From Catajapyx aquilonaris (Eukaryota): a stretch of DNA of 52,456 nt. Every line of letters begins with the position of its first letter. Positions within the stretch are counted from its first letter, which is position 1. The notes beneath the pieces are model-generated. The model saw nothing but the letters and a program-made list of their open reading frames with translations, made no database searches and was not told the DNA's origin. Below are positions 37,046 through 49,494 of the stretch, piece by piece. The translations under genes and the position numbers were made by a program. The DNA lies in NCBI GenBank assembly GCA_000934665.2, contig JYFJ02002699.1, forward strand, positions 1-52,456, written 5' to 3'.

Positions 37046-39278
37046 ATGAGTGATTCGCAGGTGAATCGGCAGCGTTATGTGACAATATTTGTGTACATGT
37101 CGTTATTACTGGACAATGCTCTACTGACAGTCGTTGGTGAGTAATTACCCGATTTTTTTCTGGGCTGTTTCCATATAATTGGTGCAATTTGTGCCAAATT
37201 GATGTCCATTCTTGCGCAAAATTGCAATCTCTCCTCCCCTTTTGTGTCAGACGAGGGGATCAAATTACATCTTCCAAATTGGATTGGCTCGTTTTACCTT
37301 TCTCTCTCTCTACAGTTCCGATCCTGCCAGACTATCTCCTGGGTCTGGAGATTGAATCAGACAGATTTCTCCAGCTCCAGCAGAACAACGGGACACTAGA
37401 TGCATCTGGAGAGAACGGTCGAATGGGCCTGTTGCTCTCGTCCAAAGCTCTGGTTCAGTTGGGGGCCAACCCAATCATCGGTTGCCTGACAGGTCATCTG
37501 GGTCACCTACTGCCTCTATTCGCCGGAAGTGTCCTTTTGGCCGCCTGCGCTCTTTGTACGTCACAAAATTAATGGTTCCAGGGATGGTTTTGACCTAAAC
37601 GATGTTAAAGTGAAAATTGAAGCAATATTTTCTCCTAATATGCTTATTCTCTCCGTCTGATGTTTGTCCGACATGATAGTACTACTATCTCTCGCACGAC
37701 TTGAGTGGCAGTCTGTGAAGCGGTGTGAAGACGGGTTAAGCGCCATCTATGCTTGATGAATAGTACTAGGTGGTAAATCGGCGAGTCGTCTCATTAATCA
37801 CTGTCATACTTATTACATATTTTGCCAAATTTTGGCAACGGGTTCAGTAGTATCCACAGAAATATATTATTAAACTACTCCGCACTCTCAGTAGTCAGAA
37901 AGTGCGTTAGGTAGCCCGGACATACAAAGAAACTTTCTGATTTATTATGTAAGATTGAGATTTGTAAATTTGCTTCTAGTGTTTGCTGCTGGGACGACGT
38001 TTGAGGTGCTTTTGATTGCCAGAAGCCTCCATGGTTTGGCGTCTGCATGTGTGGCTGTCGCTGGTATGGGCGCTGTTGCTGAGAGCCAACCGGAAGAGGC
38101 GGCCCGTGGGCAGGCCCTGGGGCAAGTGCTGAGCGGGGCAGCAGCCGGAGTCCTTCTTGGATATCCTCTTGGTGGATTCCTGTACGCTGCATCCGGAAAA
38201 GTCACACCTTGTCTGTTGTTATCAGCTGTAGCTGCAGCTGATGCAGGTAATGAGTTGTTGGTTGGCTATCTTACAGGATGTACTAACACTAGTTATTGAA
38301 GGCTTGCAGTTGGTGATCCTCCGTCCTGCAGCTACTCCTCAGGTAAGTTCATACACTGTCAGCTTTTTTTTTTACGCTGACACATTTTGCAGGTTGTACA
38401 GGACACACCATCAGCTTGGATGTTACGTGATGTCCATGTGCTGCTGGTGGCCGGTGCCATCTGTGTCAGCACCATTGCCATGGCTGTGCTGGAACCATGT
38501 CTTCCACTCTGGCTCATGGACACACTCCGACCACCTGTACGTATCATCAGGAGTTTTTAAAAACATGAGGTATGATTAATGGACGTACTTGGTATATAGA
38601 AATGGGCATTTGGACTGGTGTTTGTGCCGGACAGCGTGGGCTACCTGTTGGGTACAAGTTGCATGGGAGGAGTGGCCTTCAGAGTTGGCAGATGGAAGGT
38701 GGCCTTGGCTGCTTTGCTCCTAGTCGGATGCTGCTCCCTGTTGGTCAGACACTACAAAATTCCAGCGTGCACTTTGTTTGGTATGTGTCACATCAATATT
38801 TTTGTATTGCAGCTGCCGGAAGCCCGTGCTTTTTGGCAACTGACTGGTCCTCATCTGGGTCTGGGCCTTGGCATTGGGGCAGTCGATGCAGCTCTGATTC
38901 CTCTTCTGGCTTCTCTGGTGGATCGACGAGGAGCTCATGGGGCGTACGGATCGGTCTATGCCTTTTCGCAAGTGGCCGTTGCGTTGGCCTACAGTCTTGG
39001 TATGACCACACTGGCCGGTACACAGACGTCGGATGCTCAATGTCGGATGTCTTTCAGGTCCGATGCTGGGAGGCCAGCTGGCTAGAACCATCGGTTTCCC
39101 CTGGCTGATGAGGCTGGTTGGGATACTCAACCTGGTCTACTCTCCATTGCTCTTCTGTCTGAGAGACACGGAGCGTGCCAATGACGAAGGACAGCAAGAG
39201 GAAGGGATACTCTTGGGGATACCTCGTCGACGACCAGAAGAATACGAGAGGTTCGAGGACGAGCAGGATGATTGTTAA
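37046..39278 (+). CDS. prt: SLC18 vesicular transporter (MFS), portabella-like; exons 37046-37136, 37316-37555, 37980-38246, 38302-38342, 38393-38536, 38600-38743, 38813-38999, 39058-39278
   Basis: SLC18 motifs YMSLLLDNALLTVV|VPILPDYL, ENGRMGLLLSSKALVQL, ARSLHGLAS, GVLLGYPLGGFLY, LEPCLPLWL, FVPDSVGY, GIGAVDAALIP, YGSVYAFSQ, IGFPWLM. Gln replaces the TM11 Asp of VMAT/VAChT (YAIAD), as recalled for Drosophila Prt. SLC18 assignment is strong; prt orthology is moderately strong. Confidence 0.85.
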
Positions 39279-42200
39279 TGTTTTCATGGTTGTCACATTT
39301 TGTCTAATGTGGTACACTGCCAAAGTAATGTACCACCATACGTGTGTAACTGTGTGGTTCACCGTGCTATTAAAGGTATTGCGTACGCAGCTGTTGTTAT
39401 TTACTCTCCTCTTGGAATGCAAAATTCTGCGGTTGCCAATTAGGGATATCATAATGGGCTTGCAATGACACAGGCTCACCCTTGTCAGTAACTTGTAAAA
39501 CGTGTAGCTGCAAAAACTTGTTGTCTTAACTTGTTGTGTCCCTCTAACATTGAAAAGGACAAGGGTGTCAGTTGAGTTGCGGATTTAGCAGGATACAGGT
39601 GGGACTGTCACGTATAATGACAAGTTTATGGACTAACATGTCCTTTACAGAATATTCAAAAATTCATCTTGTTATGTATGATGTGTATACAGATAGGTTT
39701 ATTTATGAACCATTTCCATTGTCGCTTAGCACGTGGTGCACACGTTAACACTTCTGCACTGTCAGATAGTTTTCATGCTACCATTTTTGAAGGACGTGCT
39801 GAACGATGGTAATTATTGTATTAAACTTTTTACCCCCGCATATGATGGGGTACAAGTTATTAACCTCTCACTTTTTTTTCCAGGCCTCTTATAATTACAC
39901 GCGCATGGAAAACTGCAATTTTAAAAAAAACCGCGGTGGTCTCCTTAAAATGTCAATGCACCGCTTTTTAATTGAGGTTTTACACCACATTGCGGAAATG
40001 ACTCCGGTTTAATGGTATGCACAACGGTGTGCAAGCCAATATCTCGTCCTTCCCCCTCCATTTCTTTCTTTTGATGAGGACACGTCTTTGTCAGGTGTAC
40101 GTGTTACCTGATCGGCAAACCTACCTTACTAGCCCAGATACTGCATTAACTGGCTGTGATCCAAGGCCGATTGGGGCGGGGTAGCCATAGGGCAGGGCGG
40201 ACTTCTCTTCCACCTTCAGACAAAAACCAGGCAGCAAATGGTCCTCCTCTCTCAATAGCTCTCTACTACAGTATGCTCCTCTTCCAGATAAAAACAGCCT
40301 TGGACGAGGCCGCCCTCACAACCAGGACCACATTAATTCATGTAGTTGCACCTCACCGTTACCTCTCTGCGAAAGCAAAAGTTGACACCCCGTTAGGTAT
40401 TTATTAGGACACCATTCTCTCTGGATGTCTGTCTATACTCACAACAACTTTTTATATTTTTTTCTTCATTTATATCACAAATTGTGATCGTGTAGTCTGG
40501 ATTATTTACACGGATCTGTTGAATGTGATTTTTCAGGCTGCAAGTTCACACAGCTATGAGGAAGTTGGGGCCAAAACACCCACGGTGAGGAAACCTTTCC
40601 CTGATGATGTGGTTGCTTAAGGCCTTCACATTCTGCAGGTGCCTTCGAACCGATTTTATTTATTGGGGAGGGTCTTTGTAAGGGGGTTACTTCGTGACCC
40701 GAGAATAAAGGTGCATTGCAACTGATCATACAGGGTGGGTACTACCTGCCTAAATTACACACGCTGACAAACATTGCAACAATAATGGATATACAATACA
40801 TAAGAGCATATTTTTGTTCCTGTATAGTGAGCGACCACCTTACTCGACGTGCATTCATCGCTGAATAATTGCGACAATAAAACCAGTAAATCGGTTGTGG
40901 ATGACCAGAAGGCGAAAGGGCTTGCAGTAAACTGGTTTAGAAGGTTATAAGTGATCGTATCGGGTTTGTGCACTGAAATGTGCTGGATGTTGAGATTTAT
41001 AGCCTTCCAATAATTACTGCTTTTGGGTTACATTGTTCTTGACGGCTTATTTTTTTGAGGGTCTGAACGAATATGGAAGCACCAGGATATTGAATTAGTT
41101 GACCATATTTAGTAAACATGTCGAATTTGCTACATATTGAAATTAATATGGAACAGTGTCGAAGGGACAATCACTACGTACAAATGTGCTAGTTAATAAA
41201 CACCAGTAGTATATTAGTGCATTTAAAATTTCAGTTATGAGTATTCTTCAGAAATCTTTACGTGAGTGAACTGATCCTTGTAGAGAGAAAAAACGTTACT
41301 GCATTGGCATCACACAATTTCTGTACAAAGTGTATGATTAATGGAAAGAAGCTGACCTAGAAACTGCGTTATCCTATAATTACGGGGAATACATTTCCCA
41401 GAGAGGTATTTTTACAGGTTGCTGTGCAGTCAACTACCACTCAAACCTTTAGTTTTTACTGATAAAAAATAGAAGCAAGTTGCGAATACCAGCATTCCAC
41501 TTTTGACACGATTCATTTCTCGTCGAATCAGAGCATATTGTTCCCACGCTAAAGTTATGGAATTCAACAGAAGCCTCCTGTCAACCGCTTCATTTATGGT
41601 TATGACATGCCAAATTGCTTTATGTTCTGCCCTCAGAGTTTATTAAGCTATTATAAACAGGGGGGGCGAGTCATTTACGTCGAGGTCACCCAGCACTCCG
41701 ACTACAATCCCGATGATACACATCGTGACCCAGGCTGACCCATCCCACAGGAGCCAGGTGACCTTCCCCGCACGACCTCGTAAGACCCGTCAACAAACTT
41801 AATCTCCCCATCACCTAATTGAGAATCCAGTTATGCCGCCCCAAGGAAACTTCCCTTTCACCCCCCTCCATCATTTATAAAAATCAACCATAAGTGATCA
41901 TAACCACTTGCCCTATCCAATTAGCTCATCTTCTAAAGACACACAATGTACTCGTGAGCTAGGAAGTGCCACAAGAGTCTCGAATCTGACAATATTGTTT
42001 TAGCCCCCCTGGAACTTGATTTCTGATTGACCTCCAATGCATACCGTATGCTTGTTGTTTTTTTTAATTCTTCACCTCCTCAAGCTGCCTAATACGTGAG
42101 TGTCCAAGGCCGGATTCCGAGGCAGGGCGGTGGCCGCCAATCAGGATTACTGGCCAGGTTTGTAGACTACTAAGGCAGGCATTGCGGAAGGAAAAAGAGA

Positions 42201-43726
42201 AGCTGGATTTCCATGAGTAAGTTCAAGGTCCAATCTGGGCATATTATCCATGGCTTCCTGTCTGCATCCCAAACGAGGATGAGTCCAATGAGAGCACTGC
42301 TCCTGGCACGTGGTTTGACTGCTCAATGGAGTTGGCAGCACATCCTCTGTGAAACGTGTTTTCCATTCATGGGATGGGAAGATCTACACTTGTTACACAT
42401 ATACACGTGGAAGATGGCCTTTAGAAGCGATCGTTTCCTGATTGCTATTATGGCGGGACGTGGAATTAGAGCACCTTTTATATTGATGGGTTGTGGGTTC
42501 CTTGGCGGAGTTTGGGGTTAAAGAGCGAGGTCGAAAGGGGACCCCATTGTTTTCTGGTTTGGAAATCGATGCAGTTTGGTGACATGAAGGTCAAAAAGAC
42601 GATTCTTCACTAATAGCGTGCGACTGTATAGTGCGAGATAACCACTTGTGATAGAGCATCAAGGAAGTTGGGCCCCGTGGAGAATGGGAGGAATTCAAAT
42701 GGTGTAAAAGGTCGACAATGGTGCTGATGACTTATTGTTGTTCATGCTTCGAATGTGTCAGTTGACTAAAATATTGTCACAGTCTAAAAATTTATATGGG
42801 TACTTTTAAGGGCATGCCAGGGAAGGCCGATTTATAGGAATTGACCATAACGAAAGAAAATTGCTGTGTATCGAAATACATAATAACTTTTTGAGCACGT
42901 AACGCAACAAACTCGAATTAACCGGGGTTGACCCAATGTTGTTGCTTGTGGAGTTGATTTAAAATTGCGAAAATGTCCGTAGAACATGTGTAACAAATGT
43001 GTCATCCAGAAAGCATCATGCTAATTTTCGCAAAATTTGGTGTCAGGTGGGGTAATATATTTTTCGTTATTTATTTACTTTAATGTGATATTAATTTATT
43101 TTGTTGCTGTTATCAGAAATAGCTTTGAAGTGACAAAATAATTATTGCTACTTGTCACATATTATGACAGGTATCGCATAGGATGCCAAAATTAATGATA
43201 CTAATCATTCAGCTGTATATTTTCATTGCAAAAACCATTTTGTGGCTCAAATAAAAATTTTACGAAATATTGTAGCAGCCTAATTTCTAATTTCCGATAT
43301 GAATAATTTAATTAATATACACTACCGCTACATCAACTGATAATGTGGATACTTAATATCAGACAAATCGAGCAGATTTAATTATGTAAAACATCTTTGC
43401 GAATTATTATTATTGCAGGAGGTAAATTAACTTCAAATTCAAAGTGATAGTCGCAATTTGGTCGACACTACATTGATATAGTCTCATTGATAATAATCCT
43501 TGACGCATGCCTTGTGCTGATTGTTTACCATTAAATCTAATACATATTTCTGCTTCCTAAACCATTTAAAAAATTGTTCCTTCAATGCAACCAACCAACT
43601 TCAAACCCTCATTTCTCAAAATCATTCGATTGACTTTTTCATAGTTTTGCATTTCAGGTTCACAAACGTCATTGCCGCGGCTTAGAATAACCCAGGAACC
43701 TGTAGTAACAGCCCATAACTGTATCT

Positions 43727-43750
43727 ATAAATAAATAAATAAATAAATAA
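43727..43750. repeat. (ATAA)6 microsatellite
   Basis: ataaataaataaataaataaataa. Confidence 0.85.
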
Positions 43751-44660
43751 GTTACTCAAAATAAAAATCTTTTCATAATAAAGGACGATGATTTTGGCTA
43801 TACGACGACCGCGAAGGCTCATAAATCACTGCACTCTAACAACCTAGAGTGTGTAACAACGTGACAAAACTACACGTCCATTAATGAGAACATCGTTCCA
43901 ACTTGGAGCTACGCCAAATGTAGGCTAGTGTATCATCAGTTTATCACAAAAACAGGTGTTCGTGCCAGGGAAGAAATGAACCCTTAGTAGTAGTACCTGT
44001 ACAGTAGTATGCTCTTAGACGGCGATTGAAATCTTGTAAGCCTCGGGCGACTGATCAGTTATTCCGAGTGCGTAGAAGACGAGTGCAGTATATCCAGATC
44101 ATCAACCTCATCCTACCACTTGCACTTTCATTCGGATATTCAGAATTTATAACGCACATTTTTGCAAGCACAACAAATTAAAAGGAAAGTGCCACTTTAT
44201 AGCAAATATTGACACAAATAATATTAAAGGTGATGCTAAAATTCCGTCGGTTAATTCTTGGAATACGTTTGCAGTTGTATTACCTTTTCCTCAGAAAATT
44301 CGCACGTAAAACAAGTTCCTTTCATTCTCGTACCACCACGCCCAGTAGAAAACCGGGCACAAAATAACATGGTTTCAGGCAGCACACGATAACTGTAAAT
44401 TCGCCTTCCTGTCTGCCACCGAAGATATTAAAATGCTAATATATGACAGATTCAAAAAACCTTTCGCTTTTAAAATTCGCAAGAGTTGAGCCAGTTTTAT
44501 ACGTGTACATCGGAATTTCGGCAATGCCCCGTGCGAATTTTATGGTGGTTGTTTTTCTGCCCGGAGTGACCTAAGAGGAAGCAAAAACAGGAGGAGACAA
44601 AAAGCGGCTTCAAGGCTTCCAATACGTGCCCCCCTGTTGTAGCACCTTCTTCCATGAAGG

Positions 44661-44887
44661 CAACTGGAGCACCTCTTTTTCCCTGTCTCTCGAGAAGTGT
44701 GTACCGCCCCCGAGATGAAGGGGCAAAACCTTGAAGGGCCCCGCTTGTCCCATACGGGCCAGCGGGATCCAGAAGAAGGCGGGATTGGGTCCTGGACAAG
44801 GACGAAGCCACAGCCACGATGGGGTATATAAAGATGCCGGGAGCTTTTCCAGAACCATCGACAAGGCACACTCAGCCTTTGGATCAC
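44661..44887 (+). promoter_or_regulatory. Promoter of cuticle gene 1 with TATA box (TATATAAA 44825-44832)
   Basis: TATA about 100 nt before ATG 44922. The block is clearly homologous to 49259-49476 (CAACTGGAGCACCTCT, AAGAAGGCGGGATTGGGTC, GGGGTATATAAAGATGC, CAGCCTTTGGATCAC). Confidence 0.8.
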
Positions 44888-44921
44888 ACTCAAAAAAGCA
44901 CCACCTCCCCACTTCGCAACA

Positions 44922-46271
44922 ATGAAGCTTTTGGTAGGTTTCAAGCTGCAAATTGTTTGGTGGGGATTGTTGGCTTAACAATGCTCGTTTTCCAACAGGT
45001 CATCCTCTCTCTGGTGGCGGCCGCACACGCCGGCTTCCTGGGCGCCCCTGCTGTCCATCATGCAGCCCCATTGGCTGCTGTCCATCATGGACACGGATAC
45101 GCAGGCCCCATCCATGTCCCAGCCATCGTCGGAGGATTCGTTGACGAGACCCCTGAGGTGAAGGCCAACAGGGCTGCCCACTTCGACGCTCACGTCCAGG
45201 CCAACCACCGCAACGGATTCGGACACGCTGTTGCCCACGGTGTCGCCCACCACGGTGTTGCCGTCGCTGCCCCTCTTGCCCACCACGGACACGCTTATGG
45301 CGGTCCCATCCATATCCCCGCCATCGTCGGAGGCTTCGTCGATGATACCCCTGAGGTCAAGGCCAACCGTGCTGCCCATCTTGATGCCCATGTCCAGACC
45401 AACATCCGCGAATACGGAATCGCCGGTGTCGGTGTCGGACCTGCCCTGCCCGGACCCGTCGTGCACGCCCCTGTCGCTGTCGCCCATGGTTTCGCCCATG
45501 GTCATGGCGTGGCTGCTCCTCTGGCCCATGGATTCGCCCATGGACACGGCTATGCCCATGGACATGGACACGGCTACCACGGCCCCCTGGCCATCCCCAC
45601 CGTCGTCAACGGCCATGTCATCGACACCCCCGAAGTCGCCCACGCCAAGGCTGCCCATTTCTCTGCCCACGTTGAGGAGAAGGCCCGTCACGGAATCATC
45701 CTCGGTGAGTGACGGTATGCACTCACTGGTTAGCAACGTGCTAATATACTTACTTCAAATTACAGGCCGCAAGAGGCGCAGCCCCGGATTCGTCGGTGCC
45801 CCCGTTGCCCACGGCCATGCTGTTGCCGTCGCTGCCCCTCTTGCCCACCACGGACACGCCTATGGTGGCCCCATCCATATCCCCGCCATCGTCGGAGGAT
45901 TCGTCGATGATACCCCTGAGGTCAAGGCCAACCGTGCTGCCCATCTTGATGCCCATGTCCAGACCAACATCCGCGAATACGGAATCGCCGGTGTCGGTGT
46001 TGGACCTGCCCTGCCCGGACCCGTCGTGCACGCCCCTGTCGCTGTTGCCCATGGTTTCGCCCATGGTCATGGTGTGGCTGCTCCTCTGGCCCATCATGGA
46101 TTCGCCCATGGACACGGCTATGCCCATGGACATGGCTACCACGGCCCTCTGGCCATCCCCACCGTCGTCAACGGCCACGTCATCGACACCCCCGAAGTCG
46201 CCCACGCCAAGGCTGCCCACTTCGCGGCGCATGTTGAGGAGAAGGCCCGCCATGGTGTCTTCTTTGGTTAA
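44922..46271 (+). CDS. His/Ala/Gly-rich secreted cuticular protein precursor 1 (18-residue motif type, no R&R domain); exons 44922-44933, 44999-45704, 45766-46271
   Basis: Typical 4-codon first exon MKLL| then signal VILSLVAAAHA. Five copies of the cuticular 18-aa motif (xDTPEVxxx[KR]AAHxxAH), AAP[LV] repeats and an internal GRKRR site. Confidence 0.88.
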
Positions 46272-49258
46272 ATATTTAAACTAAATAAAAATTGCAAAAC
46301 CCGCAAAAACACGATTAAAAAAGAGACGAACGAACAACGGACGACGCTTGTACAAAAAAGACTTTATCTAGTAGGACGTAGTATTTCAGAAAAAGAAACG
46401 CAAAAAAAAAATGTACCACCTGCAGACGAGGATGACAACCAGCTTCCTTCTTGCTTTCAATGTATAAGTGGCCAGCTGCTCCGATAATGTATTAATGTAT
46501 TTGTGAACAATGGTTGAAAAAATCCGCAAAAAAATAAAGTATGACAAAATATATCCAAGGTCGAATTTTTCCGAGAGAATGGTAACCTCTACCTGCTGCA
46601 TGCCTAAACGCCCTTATAAAAGCATTGTAAATGTTACCTCCGAAAGATATGTTTCCTAGCGATCAAGGCCGAGCTTGAAGGTCCTTGATACCAAGACACA
46701 CAGCTGCATAGCTAAACACGAGAGGAGTCAAGGTTTATCCTGAATTGTTAGGCAACCAATCAGACTCCTTTGCTCGCATGAACGCATGGTCAACAGGAGC
46801 AATAATTATGGGGACTCTGTGAGAGCCTCAACTTGATTTTCGAGTTTTTTTCTATATAAATTTTTAAATGGTACTTGCTGCGGCGTGCATGCAATTAAAA
46901 TATGCAAAACATAAGGTAATCATGAGAGTTCGCAATCGAGTAAGTTTCTTTTTCAGCACTAGTCATATTATAGATTGATGAGAGCTGTATCAGAGTGATT
47001 GCAACTAGATTTTTTTCCATTGTAATTATTGGTAAGAGCGATGGTGCAATTTTTGTATAAAACAATTGAGAGTCATAATACGAAAATTTTGATTTCAAAG
47101 TATAGCGACACACTCATATTACTAAAATAATTGCGTATAAAATAAAAACTACCGTAGGTTTTTCGTATCAGCAGAAACGGTTTAATATTTTCCCAATAAA
47201 TATCTTATTGAGGTTTGTACCCTCATACTTCCTCTACATATCCGTGTGCAGATCATATCGATAACTTTATCCGTTACAAAAAATATTCACATTTACATTT
47301 GGCACAAAGTCATCCCCCGCTCCCTGACGATATTCAGAGTGCCGAAAATAGCTTTAAAATTGTACCCTGTTTAGAGATAAGATTAGCATGAACCTTACGT
47401 AACAATCGTGAGGCAAAATCGTGACTTGTAATTGCACTAATATCAAAGCAGAATTCGTGACATGTACTGCAGGTCTAATGGATGGCTAATTAGAGAGTAT
47501 AACACAAAACCATATTGTAATAGTAAGCAGAGTTGTAAAGAAAGAATGCTGAGTCCAAACGTGTTAGTAAATGAGCGATAATTACTTTAATTACAAACAA
47601 TCAGAGCTTGGCGACAAAATTATATGAGCAGTGAATACATTACTTCGCGCGTATAATTATGGAATTCGATATTTTCAAATTGATAATCAAAATCTCTTTT
47701 GGAGAAAACTATTTTAGGCGTAACGCTATTCAAATGTTACGAAACTGAAATCATTGAAGATGTTATTCATTGTGCAATGGGGTTCAAGGCGATCCATGAC
47801 TGCTTTTTTGTGCATTATTCTGGAGGATGTGGCGAAATAACCCCCCCAAAGAAATCACTTTTAAAATATTCCCCTCGTTATGTACAAGGCCAGAAGTAAC
47901 AGTCATTCAAAGGGAAAACCCGTAAATTCTATTAGTATATAGTTGCGAATTCACCCCCACAACTGCTTGATTCAGAGGAATGTGCACTTGCTTTTATTGT
48001 TACTTCCAATACTTATTATTTTGAGTGTAAAATGACGTAAAATTATCTGTGGAATTTAATGTGCTGCCAAAATTACGCCAATTGCCAGGGAGCAGTGTAA
48101 TCCTGCCAGGTAAGTTTCTCTAATAATAATAATTTGAATCCTAGGTTTTCATACCAATCGGTCACATTTTGGTTGAAGTTGAATTCCACAGCAGCATTGC
48201 GTAACAGAGTCGTACACTCTGTTATATGGTACAAAGTCACAAAATTTGAATAATGCCCTACAGATCAATGGCTCTTTACATACAATCTCACGTAAGTAAT
48301 CATTCAAGCCATCACACAGCATTTCATAATCATTCCAATGTGATTTTTATCGTTCTTCACTTCTACTGTATGACCTGTAATCTTCCAGAAAAATTGTTGA
48401 GAATCGATATTGGTTTTTGTTTTGTTTTCTGTAATGGGAGTAACTAGAGTAACTAGAAAGGAAACAAAACGATATTGTATAGTAGACCTGCGTCAGACGG
48501 ATGAAAAAAGACAACATATGGAAATCAGCATTCTTATACCGGTACTGTATCAGTAATGGAGCATCAAAGACTTTCCAATACATGTACTTCTTGTTTGGTC
48601 TCGATGGTCGATGGATTTATTCCGCATGTAATGAAACTTGTTCAGCAAGGTAAACTTTTCCTGGACGAAGCAAATCCATTACAGTTGCACATATTTCATT
48701 TTATTCTACGCCATGATTTCATTAAATTGCTGCATGGACCATGTGGACCATGTGATGCTCCGTTGAGTTACTCTGATGGTTTCATAAAATGAGAGCATTG
48801 TTCAGAAAATAATAATGCACACTTTTCGAATACAAAAACACAACACTTGGCATGTTTACATCCTTCGCCTGCACTGCAATGACTTGCAGCAAATTGCAAT
48901 TACCTTCGCAGGTTATTGTTTGAATACATCAGATAATTGACTTATAGTGTTGTCACATTCCTATGCACAACCAGTATATATGACTCCGCCGCAACCACGC
49001 CCATGCAGGAAACCAGAATCACCCAATATGTCGTCAATATATAGGCTAACTGTGAAGTTGATGCCCTCCTGAAGACCACCAGAGACATTGAGCCCCACCA
49101 TTATTAAAATGAACCGTTTTTGTGGCTCTATAGAATATTTAGGATTGAGGAACATGGATTTTTCCACAGTAATGTTATGCCCTCCATGGTCCATAAAGAT
49201 GCACATACAAACAATCAACCTGCCCTTCTCAAGGTTTTGTGCTGCATAACTTCCAGAG

Positions 49259-49476
49259 CAACTGGAGCACCTCTTCCCCCCTCTCTTTGAGAAGAGGCTG
49301 CAACGCCCTTTGAGGAAGGCGGAGGACCTTGAGGGCTCCGAAGGTTCAATCGAAACATCAGATCCAAGAAGGCGGGATTGGGTCTTGGGCAAGGTCGACC
49401 CTACAGCTAGGAGGGGTATATAAAGATGCTGGGAGCTCTCTGGAAGCATCGACAAGGCAGACAGCCTTTGGATCAC
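49259..49476 (+). promoter_or_regulatory. Promoter of cuticle gene 2 with TATA box (TATATAAA 49417-49424)
   Basis: Paralogous to 44661-44887; TATA about 80 nt before ATG 49495. Confidence 0.8.
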
Positions 49477-49494
49477 TCTCAGCCTCATCTCAAC

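Noticed and set aside
39500..44300. Short ORFs in the 5-kb region between prt and cuticle gene 1
   Set aside because: No protein motifs or exon chains; treated as intergenic/regulatory.
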